The notes under the pieces: model-generated
The model's database searches: none
What the model was told of the DNA's origin: nothing
Seen by the model: the letters and a program-made list of their open reading frames with translations, nothing else
Translations under genes and position numbers: made by a program
DNA from: Azolla caroliniana
Taxonomy: Eukaryota > Plantae > Polypodiophyta
Assembly: GCA_043228905.1 (NCBI GenBank)
Contig: JBHGNT010000013.1
Coordinates: forward strand, 8,308,001 to 8,372,000
Length of the DNA stretch: 64,000 nucleotides
Direction: 5' to 3'
Shown: positions 1 to 11,354 of the stretch, one piece after another
Layout: each line of letters starts with the position of its first letter
Position numbering within the stretch: the first letter of the stretch is position 1

Positions 1-410
1 TATCTTCCATTCGAACCATTGCTTCCATGCGACTTAGCTCACATGCATTGTGATGTGAAACAGGGCGTTGGGGTACAAGTGATGAGAGTGGTCGGCTATG
101 CACACTTTGCCCTAAACAAGTTCGCGAGTCTGAGTATCACACTTTGATACAATGCTCTGTCTTTGATCATATTCGACCATGCTTTCCACATCTCTTCAAT
201 CGAGCCCAATCTTTGCATGAATTCCTCTCACAACCACAATGTGCACTCTCAATTGCAACATTCATTGGTAAAGTTCTTGAACATTGAGAGTCACTACTCA
301 CTTTCACACGTATCACGTGAAATGTAATGTTTTGGTCTCATAGGTCATATTTGACCTCCGAAGACGATAATATAATCTATCTATCTCTCATACACACACA
401 CACACACTCA
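1..410 (+). mobile_element. 3' end of a LINE (RTEX/RTE-like): ORF2 C-terminal CCHC zinc finger, 3' UTR stem-loop, microsatellite tail
   Basis: Frame 3 reads MRLSSHAL*CETGRW...RLCTLC..VRESEYHTLIQC, homologous to RISSHQLEIESGR..RLCRLC..EDEYHFTCKC of the LINE at 46-50.9 kb. Hairpin aggtca-tatt-tgacct at 342-357, then (TC)/(CA)n. Confidence 0.8.
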
Positions 411-429
411 CAACACATATCTCTAGTCT

Positions 430-2954
430 ATTCCGTTGGACAAGAATCACATCGATTCTTTACACTTACAAAGATTCTTCATGAAGACATTCGGCGACAA
501 AAGAAAGCGGCAAATCAACCGTGGCTGCTTCAGTCAATAGATATCAACAATATCAACCAGCAAATCGACAAAGACATAAAGCTTGGAAAGGGAAAGCCCT
601 TGAGTCAAATAAATCAAATAACAAGAATGATGGACAGAGGAGTTATACATATGGAAGTCAACAAAGTGGAAGATTCAAGGTGACATGTAGATATTGTAAA
701 AAGGATGGACACACAAAAAGAGTGTGTCAATTCAAGCAAGCTGATCTAAATAAAGCAAGCCGGCCACAAGCACACAGTAGGGAGATCCAAGAAGTTAATG
801 AGGATAAATCTGAATACTCTTCGGATAATGGAGAAGACCAGAATGAAGAAGTATACATCCATCCATATCACATCAATACTGATGGAGAAATATAGTTTCT
901 CGATACGGGTGCTACACACCATCTTACATATCGGAAGGATTGGATGGAGGACTATCAAGAACTATCAACTCCACTTAGGGTTATATTTGGAGACAATGGA
1001 CAGAAACTAGCAGTGAGAAAAGGTAACATTTGTTTGATAAGGGCAAATGATAATCATATAAAAATTATAGATGTGTATTATGTACCTGGAGTGGCAAAAT
1101 GCTTATTGTCAGTTGGACAAGCTACCAACAATGGGCTGACTATCGAATTCACTGAGAACCGGGCCATGATACATCTCCATAAAGGCAAGAGCAAAGCAAT
1201 AGTATGTCCCAAGCAAGGCCATCTATATCCTGTGGGAGCGCCACAAATAGAGGCATTGTCAATAGAGGTATGTCATAACCATAATCAAGATAATGTTTTG
1301 TCCACATACTTGTGGCATTGCAGGCTTGGACACATACATATTCAAGCGCTACGAGAATGTCAAAAATGGAAATTTGTAAGAGGTTTGGCAAATGTAAGTT
1401 TCAAAACCATCAAGGTATGTGAAGGTTGTCTCTACGGAAAGATGTCACATAAATCATTCTCACCAAGTAGCACAAGCACTACGGAGCCATTACAATTAGT
1501 ACATTTTGATCTATGTGGTCCATTTTCTATTCCATCTATGTTTGGTGCAAAATATTTCATTACATTCATAGACAACTCTACAAGATTCACAGTAGTCAGT
1601 TTCTTGAAGCATAAGGCACAAGCATTTTCAGCATTTAAAATCCTTGCAAAAAACCAAACGAATCATACAATCAAAGTCATCCGTAGTGACAATGGAGGGG
1701 AATTTACTTTAGAAGAGTGGGAAAAGTTTTGCCAACAACGTGGAATCTTTCATCAAATTTCAGTACCATACACCCCTCAACAAAATGGGGTTGCTGAAAG
1801 GAAAAACTGAACACTTCTTAATGCAGCTAGAAGCATGCTAGAAACTAGCAAAATGCACCACCGATTTTGGGAAGCTACAGAGGCAACAACATGTTATCTG
1901 CAAAATAAGACTCGTCACCACGCTCTACAAGGATGGCCAATCTCCTGATGTCTCACATCTCAAAGTCTTTGGAGCAGTACCATATACCTACATACAAACA
2001 AAGAACAGATCAAAGCTAGAGAATCAATGCACCAAAGGGAGGTTTATTGAATATGGAGACCCCTACGGTGTAAAAGCCTACAGGATTTATCGCCCTCAGT
2101 CAGGTAAAATTGTGTTTAGTCAATCTGTCAAGTTTGATGAAGAATTTGTGATTTGTGGTCAGGTTGGAAGATCAGAGATCTCATCCTCGGAGGGCACCTT
2201 GTGTGACATCTTTCAACACATGGCAGCTACAAGGGAAAAATAAATAGACACCATTGGATGCGGACTACAAAGGAAAACTTTAAAACAACCACACATCGAT
2301 GCAAGCATGGGCAAAGAAGTCGACTCAACAGGAGGATTTGAGGAGGAAAATAAATTTTGTAGAAAATCTGATGAAGAAACCCAATATACCATCAAGACAC
2401 GCAATAGAACTCGTCATGGAAACCAAGCAAACCCAGTACCATCAGACTCTACGACAAAATGTGCAGCAAGAGTGGGCATCAACAACAAAACCAAGACATA
2501 CTATAAACATATCCATCATGGAAACTCTTTACTTGAAGCTACAACTAGGTCGAAGAAGGAGATCCCTACCTCAATGAGCTTGGATGATGCGGAAAGGAAC
2601 GAGATAACAAAAGTCGAGCACCACATGAAAGCAATGAAGTCCTCTACAAGCAAAGAACCTACAAATAATAGGGAACGAGTTCAACCAACAAAACCAAATA
2701 AAAAGAAAGTAGGAAAACCTGATACAATCAGTGGAGCAGATGGTCTATAGTAACTCAACAATCCAAAACTACATCAGATCAGAAAACGAAGATTTAGATG
2801 ATGAACGTTGTAACAAAGATGAGGTGTTAGAAAACAATAAAAAAAGGGGCAAGAAAAAGGTAAAACTGTTAAGTGACATCTATAACACCATAGAAGACCT
2901 CTCAAAGCACTTCATTGCTGAACTCGAATCCGACATATCGACATTTACAACAAA
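430..2954 (+). mobile_element. Ty1/Copia internal region (Copia-1), left part: gag zinc knuckle, protease, GAG-pre-integrase, integrase; degenerate, no LTR seen
   Basis: CRYCKKDGHTKRVC knuckle, LDTGATHH protease, LWHCRLGH, DLCGP, RSDNGGEF, PQQNGVAERKN; in-frame stops. Confidence 0.93.
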
Positions 2955-2978
2955 GGGTAAAAGCATGCAAGTGGAAAC
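2955..2978 (+). repeat. Left terminal inverted repeat of the Sola2-like element
   Basis: Reverse complement of 35321-35344 with 2 transitions; preceded by TSD CAAA. Confidence 0.9.
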
Positions 2979-4532
2979 ACTATTATAGCTAATTAGCTAC
3001 TAAAATGGCCACAGCTAATTAGCTAGTTTTTTGTGGGAAAATCATAAGGATGTTTTACGAAATTTTATTATTTATTAGTTAAATACATGTCATTTAATTT
3101 ATGAGAATACTCAAATATTTGAACTTTGGTTTCTAACGTAGTGCAACACAAGGAATAGTGCCATCATCTAAGGTCGACTTGAATGTCATCAAATTCTTGA
3201 TAATCCTGAGTTTGAGTTCGAACTCCAAACAGATGGATTAATCTAAGCATGAACACAGATGAAGCCCCGCAATAGCACAAAAACTCTAAGATCGACATTG
3301 CACCTTTAGAGCTACAACACATGAGCAAGTCGATCCTTGTCCAAGTATGTATCAGTTACATATTAAAAAAACTTTCTTTTTCGTTTCTGATAACTGTTTG
3401 TAACTTTGGTGCCTGTTCATCTTTCCCAAAAATCAAATAGGGTGAAGTCATTGGAGTCCAAAACAAGGATGTCTTGAAGATCGGGGTGTAGCAACATGTG
3501 TGTTTCTGATTGACGGAATTTCGTAGTACGGTTGATTTCTGCCTTTAGTGATGATTAGGGTTTGTGTTTCCCTTAAGTGGTTTAGGGTTTCTTATTACAA
3601 ATTTTTTATTACTGTTGCAATTTGTTGTAATTTTGCACCAATTCTCATGACAAATTTTAATTAGGATTTCTGATTTTTTAAGTGGTTGATTTCTGATACA
3701 TGTTGAAAAGGACAGATTACAAATTTCAGATTACTGTCTCAAAGTGTTGTAATTTTGCACCAAATTCACATTAAAAATTTTATTATTGCACCAATTCTGA
3801 TTACTGATTTTCTATTTCAAGTGGCTCGTTCCTCCCTATCGTAGAGTGCTAAACTTCGCAAACTTTTGCGAGACAGTGGACTTTGACAACATATATGGTC
3901 TGTCGTTCGAGGGTATTAACCCTGCTGTTCTAATAGATAGATTGATTAGTGATGTAGACTGGATGTCAGTATATAAAGTGCCTAGAGTGACAGGCAAGGT
4001 CAAGCTCAAGCATGTACGACCGGACCTGTATGATGACTGCATGAGACTGCACCAGAAAATACATCAAGAGATCTCGGTCAACAACAAGTTGTCCGTTTCA
4101 TTTGCCAGAGCTTTTGCATACGAGTATTGCAAAACAAAGAAGGAATCTCGTGACCCTTAAATGTACAGGGTAGCTTGGGCAGTTTATGGTGAGGCATCGG
4201 TAGAAAGATGTCAGAAGATGGGGAGCTTGCAACATAAAATGGCAAGGTTTTGGAGCATGGCAGTTGATGATGCAACTATTGACTCCCAACAAACCCGCAA
4301 GTATACGCCACACCGACACACAATGAAAGCCAATGTCAATGATACAGGTGAGACATTGATTAGCTCTATGCTAAAAAATGTCCATGAAGCCTGTGAGACA
4401 TTGGAGTTTTTTAAGTCTGATTTAGAGAAAGCAACATTGGCTGCTACGATGGAGAGCAAAGTCACTTTGGTAGTTACAACAATTAGAAATAAGATTCAGG
4501 TACCTATTGTTTTGCTAGTATGTAATATGTTA

Positions 4533-4846
4533 TAAATAACTTGTACATGAAAATGTGCTACTGAGGCATTATCTAGAATAGGTTGCTCAACATGAACTTG
4601 AAATTGAGGGGTCACTGGAGCCCCAACGGAAAATTTAACTCCAAACAGAGATCCAGGTTCTTTCAATGAACCTGGACCTTCTAGGTGTAAATAACTTGTA
4701 CATGAAAATGTGCTACTGAGGCATTATTTGGAATAGGTTGCTCAACATGAACTTGAAATTGAGGGGTCACTGGAGCCCCAATGGAAAATTTAACTCCAAA
4801 CAGAGATCCAGGTTCTTTCAATGAACCTGGACCTTCTAGGTGTAAA
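4533..4846 (+). repeat. 155-bp tandem duplication (2 copies) of an intron/exon segment
   Basis: taaataacttgtacatgaaaatgtgctactgagg starts at both 4533 and 4688. Confidence 0.9.
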
Positions 4847-5379
4847 TACTGCCGCTGATTACACTTTGGAAAAGCTACAAGTAAGTTAATGATTTTTGTT
4901 TCCTGTTGTTGTATCTTCATCATTAAGGAATAATTAATCGGTAAATTTCTCGACTACATTGAAGGATTAATACTCCCGTCAAGAACATGTAGTTAGTTGC
5001 CTTGAGAAGCAGCTACATTTTGTGGAGGGGATGGTAAGGAGCAAACAAGAATTGGACTTGAACATTCTTGCTCCCTTACCAAATGAAGGTGAACCAGGAA
5101 ACGATATATTGACTGTTCAAGCAGGCTGCATCGCTTGTGGATTACGTGTAGAGGACAAATCTACTACTCTGTTGGTTCACCTACAACTATGCCAACACAC
5201 ATACCATATCGTTTGTTTTCAATATCCCTGTCACATTGCTGCATTCTGTTTGGGGGATTGTAGTACAGCTCTCCCAAATGACTGGAGAAAACACATAGGT
5301 AAAATTGTTGCTTGTGACCATAGTGTAGCTTATTAGTTCCATCTTTGCTAATTAGGTAAGCTGTATAAAGTGTGGAAAC

Positions 5380-6040
5380 TATTTAGCTATTATGGTTGTA
5401 GTGTAGTAGCTATTTACCTAACATGTAGTTAATTAGCTAAGTGGTAGCTAATTAGCTATTACCATACTTTAGCTGAGTAGCTAATTAGCTAAGTGGTAGC
5501 CAATTAGCTACTACCATAGTTTAGTACAGCAGCTAATTAGCTAAGTGGTGGCTAATTAGGTACTACCATAGTTTAGTATAGTAGCTAGCTAGCTAAGTGG
5601 TAGCTAATTAGCTACTACCATAGTTTAGTACAATAGCTAACTAGCTAAGTGGTAGCTCATTAGTTACTACCATAGTTTAGTACAGTAGCTAATTAGCTAC
5701 TACCATACGTTAGCTGAGTAGCTAATTAGCTACCACTTAGCTAATTAGCTACTACCATATTTTAATACAATAGCTAATTAGCTAAATGGTAGCTAATTAG
5801 CTACTACCATAGTTTAGTATAGTAGCTAATTAGCTAAGTGGTAAACAATTATCTACTATCATAGTTTAGTACAATAGGTAATTAGTTAAGTAGTAGCTAA
5901 TTAGCTACTACCATAGTTTAGTTAAGTAGGTAATTAGCTAGTACCATACCGAAGCGAAGTAGCTAAGTAGCTCAGTGGTAGCTAATTAGGTACTGTCATA
6001 GTCTAGAAGAATAGCTAGTTAGCTAAGATGTTGCTAACTA
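5380..6040. repeat. TAGCTAATTAGCTA palindromic satellite array (intron of the RING passenger gene)
   Basis: Dozens of degenerate units combining TAGCTAATTAGCTA with CTACCATAGTTTAG and AGTGG. Confidence 0.95.
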
Positions 6041-6837
6041 GCGACCATGTTGTTGTAGAATCGTGTGGATTAAGGAGGGTGCATGAGCTGTCTGGTGCTG
6101 ATGACGGTGCAACCGATGAGGAGATAGTTGCCAACGTGGCTGAAAGTAAGAGTCTTGCTATCACATCTCCTTCAGATCATCTCCCCCCTATTCTTTTGGA
6201 AGATGGTAATGAATTAGGCAACGATGTGAAAAGCCATGGAATATTGGAAACATCATGTAAATATGAGGTTCAGAACAATAGTGTTTTTGAACACTTGATG
6301 CAACATTTCTTCAAATCCCAAAAACTTGATTTCACCCCACTAAGCCCAACTACTGATAATGTCCAAACAGATCCCACTGTACTGGAAAAGCTAGTGCAAG
6401 ATGCAGTTGACCTGCAAGCCGCTGCTGAGGTGATGCAAAGATTGTCGGAGGAGGACACACTTGTGCAATGGGTCAAGGAAGCAAGGCTAAATGGGCTATC
6501 GGCTAGAAAAAGGCTAAAGAAGGGGCCACGATCGGGGACAAGACCAGTTACTCAGTCAAGGGGCTCTTGAATTGGAGCGAAATACTTATTAGTGGGATAT
6601 GATTGTTAGCGATTTTCCTAGGGTTTTATGAAGTTTTACTATGATCTATTTGGACAAGTAAAACCTTAGATTGGTTGTTGCTTGATCCACATTATGTAAT
6701 GGAACTTTATGATGTTTCTCTAAGATAATTATGTTCATGTTTCTATGATGGAAAATATTTCATGTTCATTATGTTGTTTTGTGAGACTCTTACTTACTTT
6801 TTGAGTGTGAATATGTTGGTGTTTTCTGATGTTGCAG

Positions 6838-7799
6838 AGTCTAAAGGGTTTGAATCTATTGCTCCTAAGGCTGATGGTAGTGTGGAAACTGTTGATGTTG
6901 CTGCGTGTTTATAGGGCCACATCTTGAAAGTAGATGTAGCAACTGACACAAATGATCTGGTCACGCAAGTTGATCAAGCATGTTGCACAAATGATCTGAT
7001 TTTGCAGGTAGATGCAACATGTGATACCAGTGGGCTGATATCGACCAGATCAGTATCTACATGCACTGAGCCAATGACTAAGTCGACAACACAAGAGCAC
7101 CAGAATGTGAAGCCAGGCCCAACACAGTCGACCAGGGGTTTGAAGAGGAAAAGGACACCAATTGTGCCGACAAAACCAGAGTTGATTGAAATTGATCGTG
7201 TGCTACCAGTAATTGGTGTAACAGAGGCTCAGTTATGAGAATGGAAACCTAAACCATTAGAAGTCGAAAGAAGAGCCTTGATCTTGGAGCTTGATAAAGT
7301 CCTGATGAGTGTGTGGTATATGACACCAAGGAGGGATGCAAATCAATTTCTGGAGTCGGTTGTGCAATACTTTGATTTGTTTATTTGGAGCGAAAAACCA
7401 CGTATAGATGTGTGGACGTGTGTAGAAAGATTCTTCCCGAAGTGGTGACAACATTTCAAGGGTCAGTGGACACGAGAGAATTGTGAGCAGAATGATGTTG
7501 CAAGATTCAAAAGACGTTCTGATTTTTGGGACACTTGGCCAGATTATAATGCCGACAATATGTTGATTCTGGATACAAAACATTTCCGACATTACTTCAA
7601 CATTCGTAGATGTTGTCTCATTCTACTCAATGAAATTCCTGAACACTATTTGGTGAAAACATTGAGCTGCCAACTAGCTACATGGTGGACTCTATACCGA
7701 GCTCGGTATGCAGATCATATATGTAGAGAAGTTCCACTGACCAACAAGAGGTTAGCTGTTTATAGACGATTTCAAGACATTGGAAATGGGATGTTATAA
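6838..7799 (+). pseudogene. Passenger gene with an FCP1/SCP (NIF) HAD phosphatase-like domain, catalytic motif degenerate
   Basis: Frame from about 7260: RRALILELDKVL..PRRDANQFLESVVQYFDLFIWS..WTRENC..FKRRSDFWD..YNADNMLILD resembles the FCP1-homology domain (LLVLDLDxTL / RP..FL..F.V.IWS / NTLLLDD). In-frame stops at 7236 and 7446. Confidence 0.6.
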
Positions 7800-8185
7800 A
7801 TATGTAATTTGCTACCACTTAATAAATGAAGAATTAAATTTCTTGTTTTGAGTAACTTATCTACTGTGTAATTTTAAGAGTATGTTCATGATTGCTAATT
7901 TCATGATACTACTTTTTCTTAAAATTATGCAAACTATTTTAACTTGTACATGCTTCACTTAAGTAAATCTGTATCTCAGAAAGAAGAACCCTAAACGATA
8001 TTATTAAACTGTATATCAGAAAGAAGACTGTATATAAAAATGACACATGATTTTGTTGCGAAAGAAGCACAAAAAGTAGATTGTATATCAAAAAAATAAA
8101 ATCCCAAATAGGTCCATTAAACTATTTATTTGCAATACACGTGCTTTATTTGTTTTACAAGAAAACTGGTAATTGCTACTTGTAG

Positions 8186-10015
8186 CTACAAATTCCATGG
8201 CATACTATTGTGAATACATTCATGCACATTAGCACTAATTGTGTATAAACCTGAGCAACTATTGTATTGCGACATTGGGACATTGATGCACCTGACCAAA
8301 TGAGAGTACATGTACGCCACTGGTTTGTCTTCTAATAGCCTATACACATAATTGTAATCATCTAGTCTTGCATAAAAAATTCCTTCGATGTAGAATGTCT
8401 CGGTAAATACAACATTTCCCCAAGCATCTAATATATTCTACGTTGCACATTGTTTACTAACCGTGCACTTCAATATATAGAAATCAACACCCTCTAAATT
8501 GCCTTCTTCTACATTTATAGCGAAATTATCCGCAACATTTAAGACATCACTTAGAGTATCTCCACGTCCTTGATATGTGAAGTCCACATTCTTTTTTGTT
8601 TCTCCATCAACTGCTTCCTTATTGTTCAATGTATGATACTCCCAATTCTGAATATATGCTTTGTTTAAACAATACCTCCAATTTCCCTGCACACAATGGA
8701 AGCAAAAACAAGTTAATTCTCTAACCGCAATACAATGACCATCCAACCTAGAATAACCGCGAACAACATGGAGAGATCGCAAGTCGGGAATTCCTTGGCA
8801 CTCCCAGGTCTTCTCCCTATTTACTTCTTCTATCTTCACTTCCCAAAATTCACGTTTGATATCTCGGATCTACGAGGAATAAACACCAGTTGCACTCGTT
8901 GACATATTAGCTTTTAAAAATTCAACTACATGTGCTACACAATTCATCTGCACACCATCTAACCTTTAGTTGTTCATGGGTAAGTGCCCGCTTTATAACA
9001 ATACCTACACCATCATGTTCACCTTTACCATGGCTAGACCCAAAAAAAATCCATCTCATCTCCAAACTTGTTATAGCAGGATACCTCCCCACAAAATAAA
9101 ATGGACGTCTAGCCTTGAATTGTGACGCAGCTCCATCAGACTAGACCCAATGTTGAGTAAGCTCCACATGTTTAGCTAATAACCATTGCCAATGTAAGTT
9201 AAAACAATGTTGGACGAATAAGGTATCATGCTTCTTATCATTAGAAATAAAAAAATGAATGACTTTTTTAACATCACTTGAAACTCGAAAATATGTTATG
9301 TGCACAAAAATGGTTACCTGCGTTGAACACCAATGCATATATTGAATTTCATTCTACTACTTGAATTTATAATTCTCTTCGAAATCTACTACGGACACTA
9401 CTACATCATTTGGAAAATCAGATATGCAAGTCTTAAACTGATGGGCTTGCCATGAATAAATGAAGTTGTGTTGAATGAACTTTCTTAGAGATACTACAAA
9501 TAGAGATGCCAAATCCCTGGGTTTAAGCAACTTCTTAACTAGATCCTTTCTTTTACACACCTTTCCCTCGAAATTGGTGTCAAGTGACTCAAATAACTTG
9601 ACAGAGATTAGTATTTCACTACTCAATTCATTTGGACACCACCTAAATCTACTAGGACCACAATCTTGACGTAAACCCATGACACATTTATGATTGTGAA
9701 ATATGGCCTTAGTTTTTGTCGGACACAATACAGAATCTAAAAGACAACTCATGGAAGAGATAACATGCCGTGATGATTTACAATGCTCATGCGGGCTCGA
9801 TCGACAAATTGGGCACACACAAGTACAAACTACATTTGTCAAGGAGGTGTTATGGTGATGTAGTAGATTAACAGAATCCTTGAGAGAACCCATTTGTACA
9901 TGGTAAATGCAACAACATGTGTATCGATCCTTCAAGCGTCTCACAAAGTGTGGCTTAAGAGACTCTTAAGAGACTCAAATGTTCGTAGTTGAACTTTGAT
10001 ATTTGGATGCATTCA
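8186..10015 (-). pseudogene. Sola2-type DDD transposase, 3' coding part
   Basis: MHPNIKVQLRTFESLK/PHFV..CCCIYH..DFEENYKFK*QNEIQYMHW..QVTIFVH..SNDKKHD..SDGAASQFK..GSSHGKGEHDGVG. Stops present, plus an 11-bp duplication near 9955-9976. Confidence 0.85.
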
Positions 10016-10019
10016 CCTG

Positions 10020-10483
10020 ATTAGCTCTATGGCTAAGTGGTAGCTAATTAGCAACTACCATAGTTTAGTATAGTAGATAATTAGCAACTACCATAGTTTA
10101 GTACAGTAGCTCATTAGCTAAGTGGTAGCTAATTAGCTGCTACCATACTTTAGTTGAGTAGCTAATTAGCTAAGTGGTAACTAATTAGCTACTACCATAG
10201 TTTAGTTTAGTAGCTAATTAGCTAAGTGGTAACTAATTAGCTACTACCATAGTTTAGTACAATACCTAATTAGCTAAGTGGTAGCTAGTTAACTACGACC
10301 AAACTTTAGTTGAGTAGCTAATAAGCTAAGTGGTAGCTAATTAGCTACTACCATAGTTTAATACAGTAGCTAATTAGCTAAGTGGTAGCTAATTAGTACA
10401 ATAGCTAATTAGCTACCAGTTAGCTAATTAGCTACTAGCATACTTCAGCTGAGTAGCTAATTAGCTAAGTGGTAGCTAATTAG
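10020..10483. repeat. TAGCTAATTAGCTA satellite array (transposase intron)
   Basis: Same units as 5380-6040. Confidence 0.95.
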
Positions 10484-11266
10484 TGTGAAAGTGTTTTTAG
10501 AATCTAAGCCATTGAACATTAGAATAATATAAAGTATGAATAATTCACATTTGGAGGCTAAGAACACGAACCAAGACCTTAGGAAGAAGTCAAAAGTAAA
10601 AGTAACAGACCAAGAGAAAAGTAAAAAGAGAAAAAGCGGACCATAAAAAATAGTGAAAAAGGAATGATCATAACTCCTTCGTTTTTCACCCAAATATTAT
10701 GTTTAAATATGGGTTAGAAAGCTTGTAAAGAGAGCTATCTATAATGTTTTAAATCACTAAATGTGGAGCTTTGATGTGGGAGATATGAGGATTAGAAGGT
10801 CGCTGGGTCTTAGCTACAATAGGAGATAAAAAGCTTCTAAAAATAGCGTGAACGAGGAAGAAGAAGAAAATTATAATAAAGGAGGGGGATAAGAAAGAAG
10901 AAGAGGAAGAAGGGTCTTAGTGGAAGGAGGGGATGATAATAGAGGAGGAGGAGGATTAGGAAGAAGGGTCTTAGTGGAAGAGGAAGGGTCTTAATTGTGG
11001 GTTTGAGTGATTGGTAGTAAGAAGGTCTTTGGTTTCTTAGTTGAATGTGGAGTTTATCTCCTTTGTATTGTCTTGATATTGGAATATCATAACAATCTTA
11101 TCTCTTTCTCGTCTTCTCTATCTTTTTTCTTAATTTCTTGAGTCTCTCTCTCTAATTCGTAGATACCTTGATCTATATAATATATTATGAGTCACAATTC
11201 GATCTAACCGGTTTGGTCAAGCCCTCATATAGTGTAAGATTACCCTTTGTCTTAAACACCCTATCA
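10484..11266 (+). repeat. 5' LTR (783 bp) of the Tat-like Gypsy
   Basis: TGTGAAAG...CCCTATCA, preceded by ATTAG and followed by the PBS; homologous to 30818-31007, 32333-33254 and 58658-59442. Confidence 0.95.
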
Positions 11267-11354
11267 TTTTGGCGCTCCAGGGAGGGTCGATCCTTTCCGT
11301 ATAGGAGGGAGAAGTTATCCTTTCTTTGTGTAGCTATACTACATTAACTTAGCT

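Larger units (their letters stand above)
3822..6570 (+). pseudogene. Multi-exon passenger gene inside Sola2, containing a RING-H2 finger (5127-5261)
   Basis: Collinear + ORFs 3846-4500, 5022-5298 and 6059-6570 with GT/AG-like borders. CIAC-x17-CQHTYHIVC-x10-CLGDC is a C3H2C3 pattern. Exon structure is approximate. Confidence 0.65.

Noticed and set aside
10457-10693. Conserved 78-aa ORF repeated at 58631-58867
   Set aside because: Antisense frame of the LTR start; conservation just reflects LTR copy identity.
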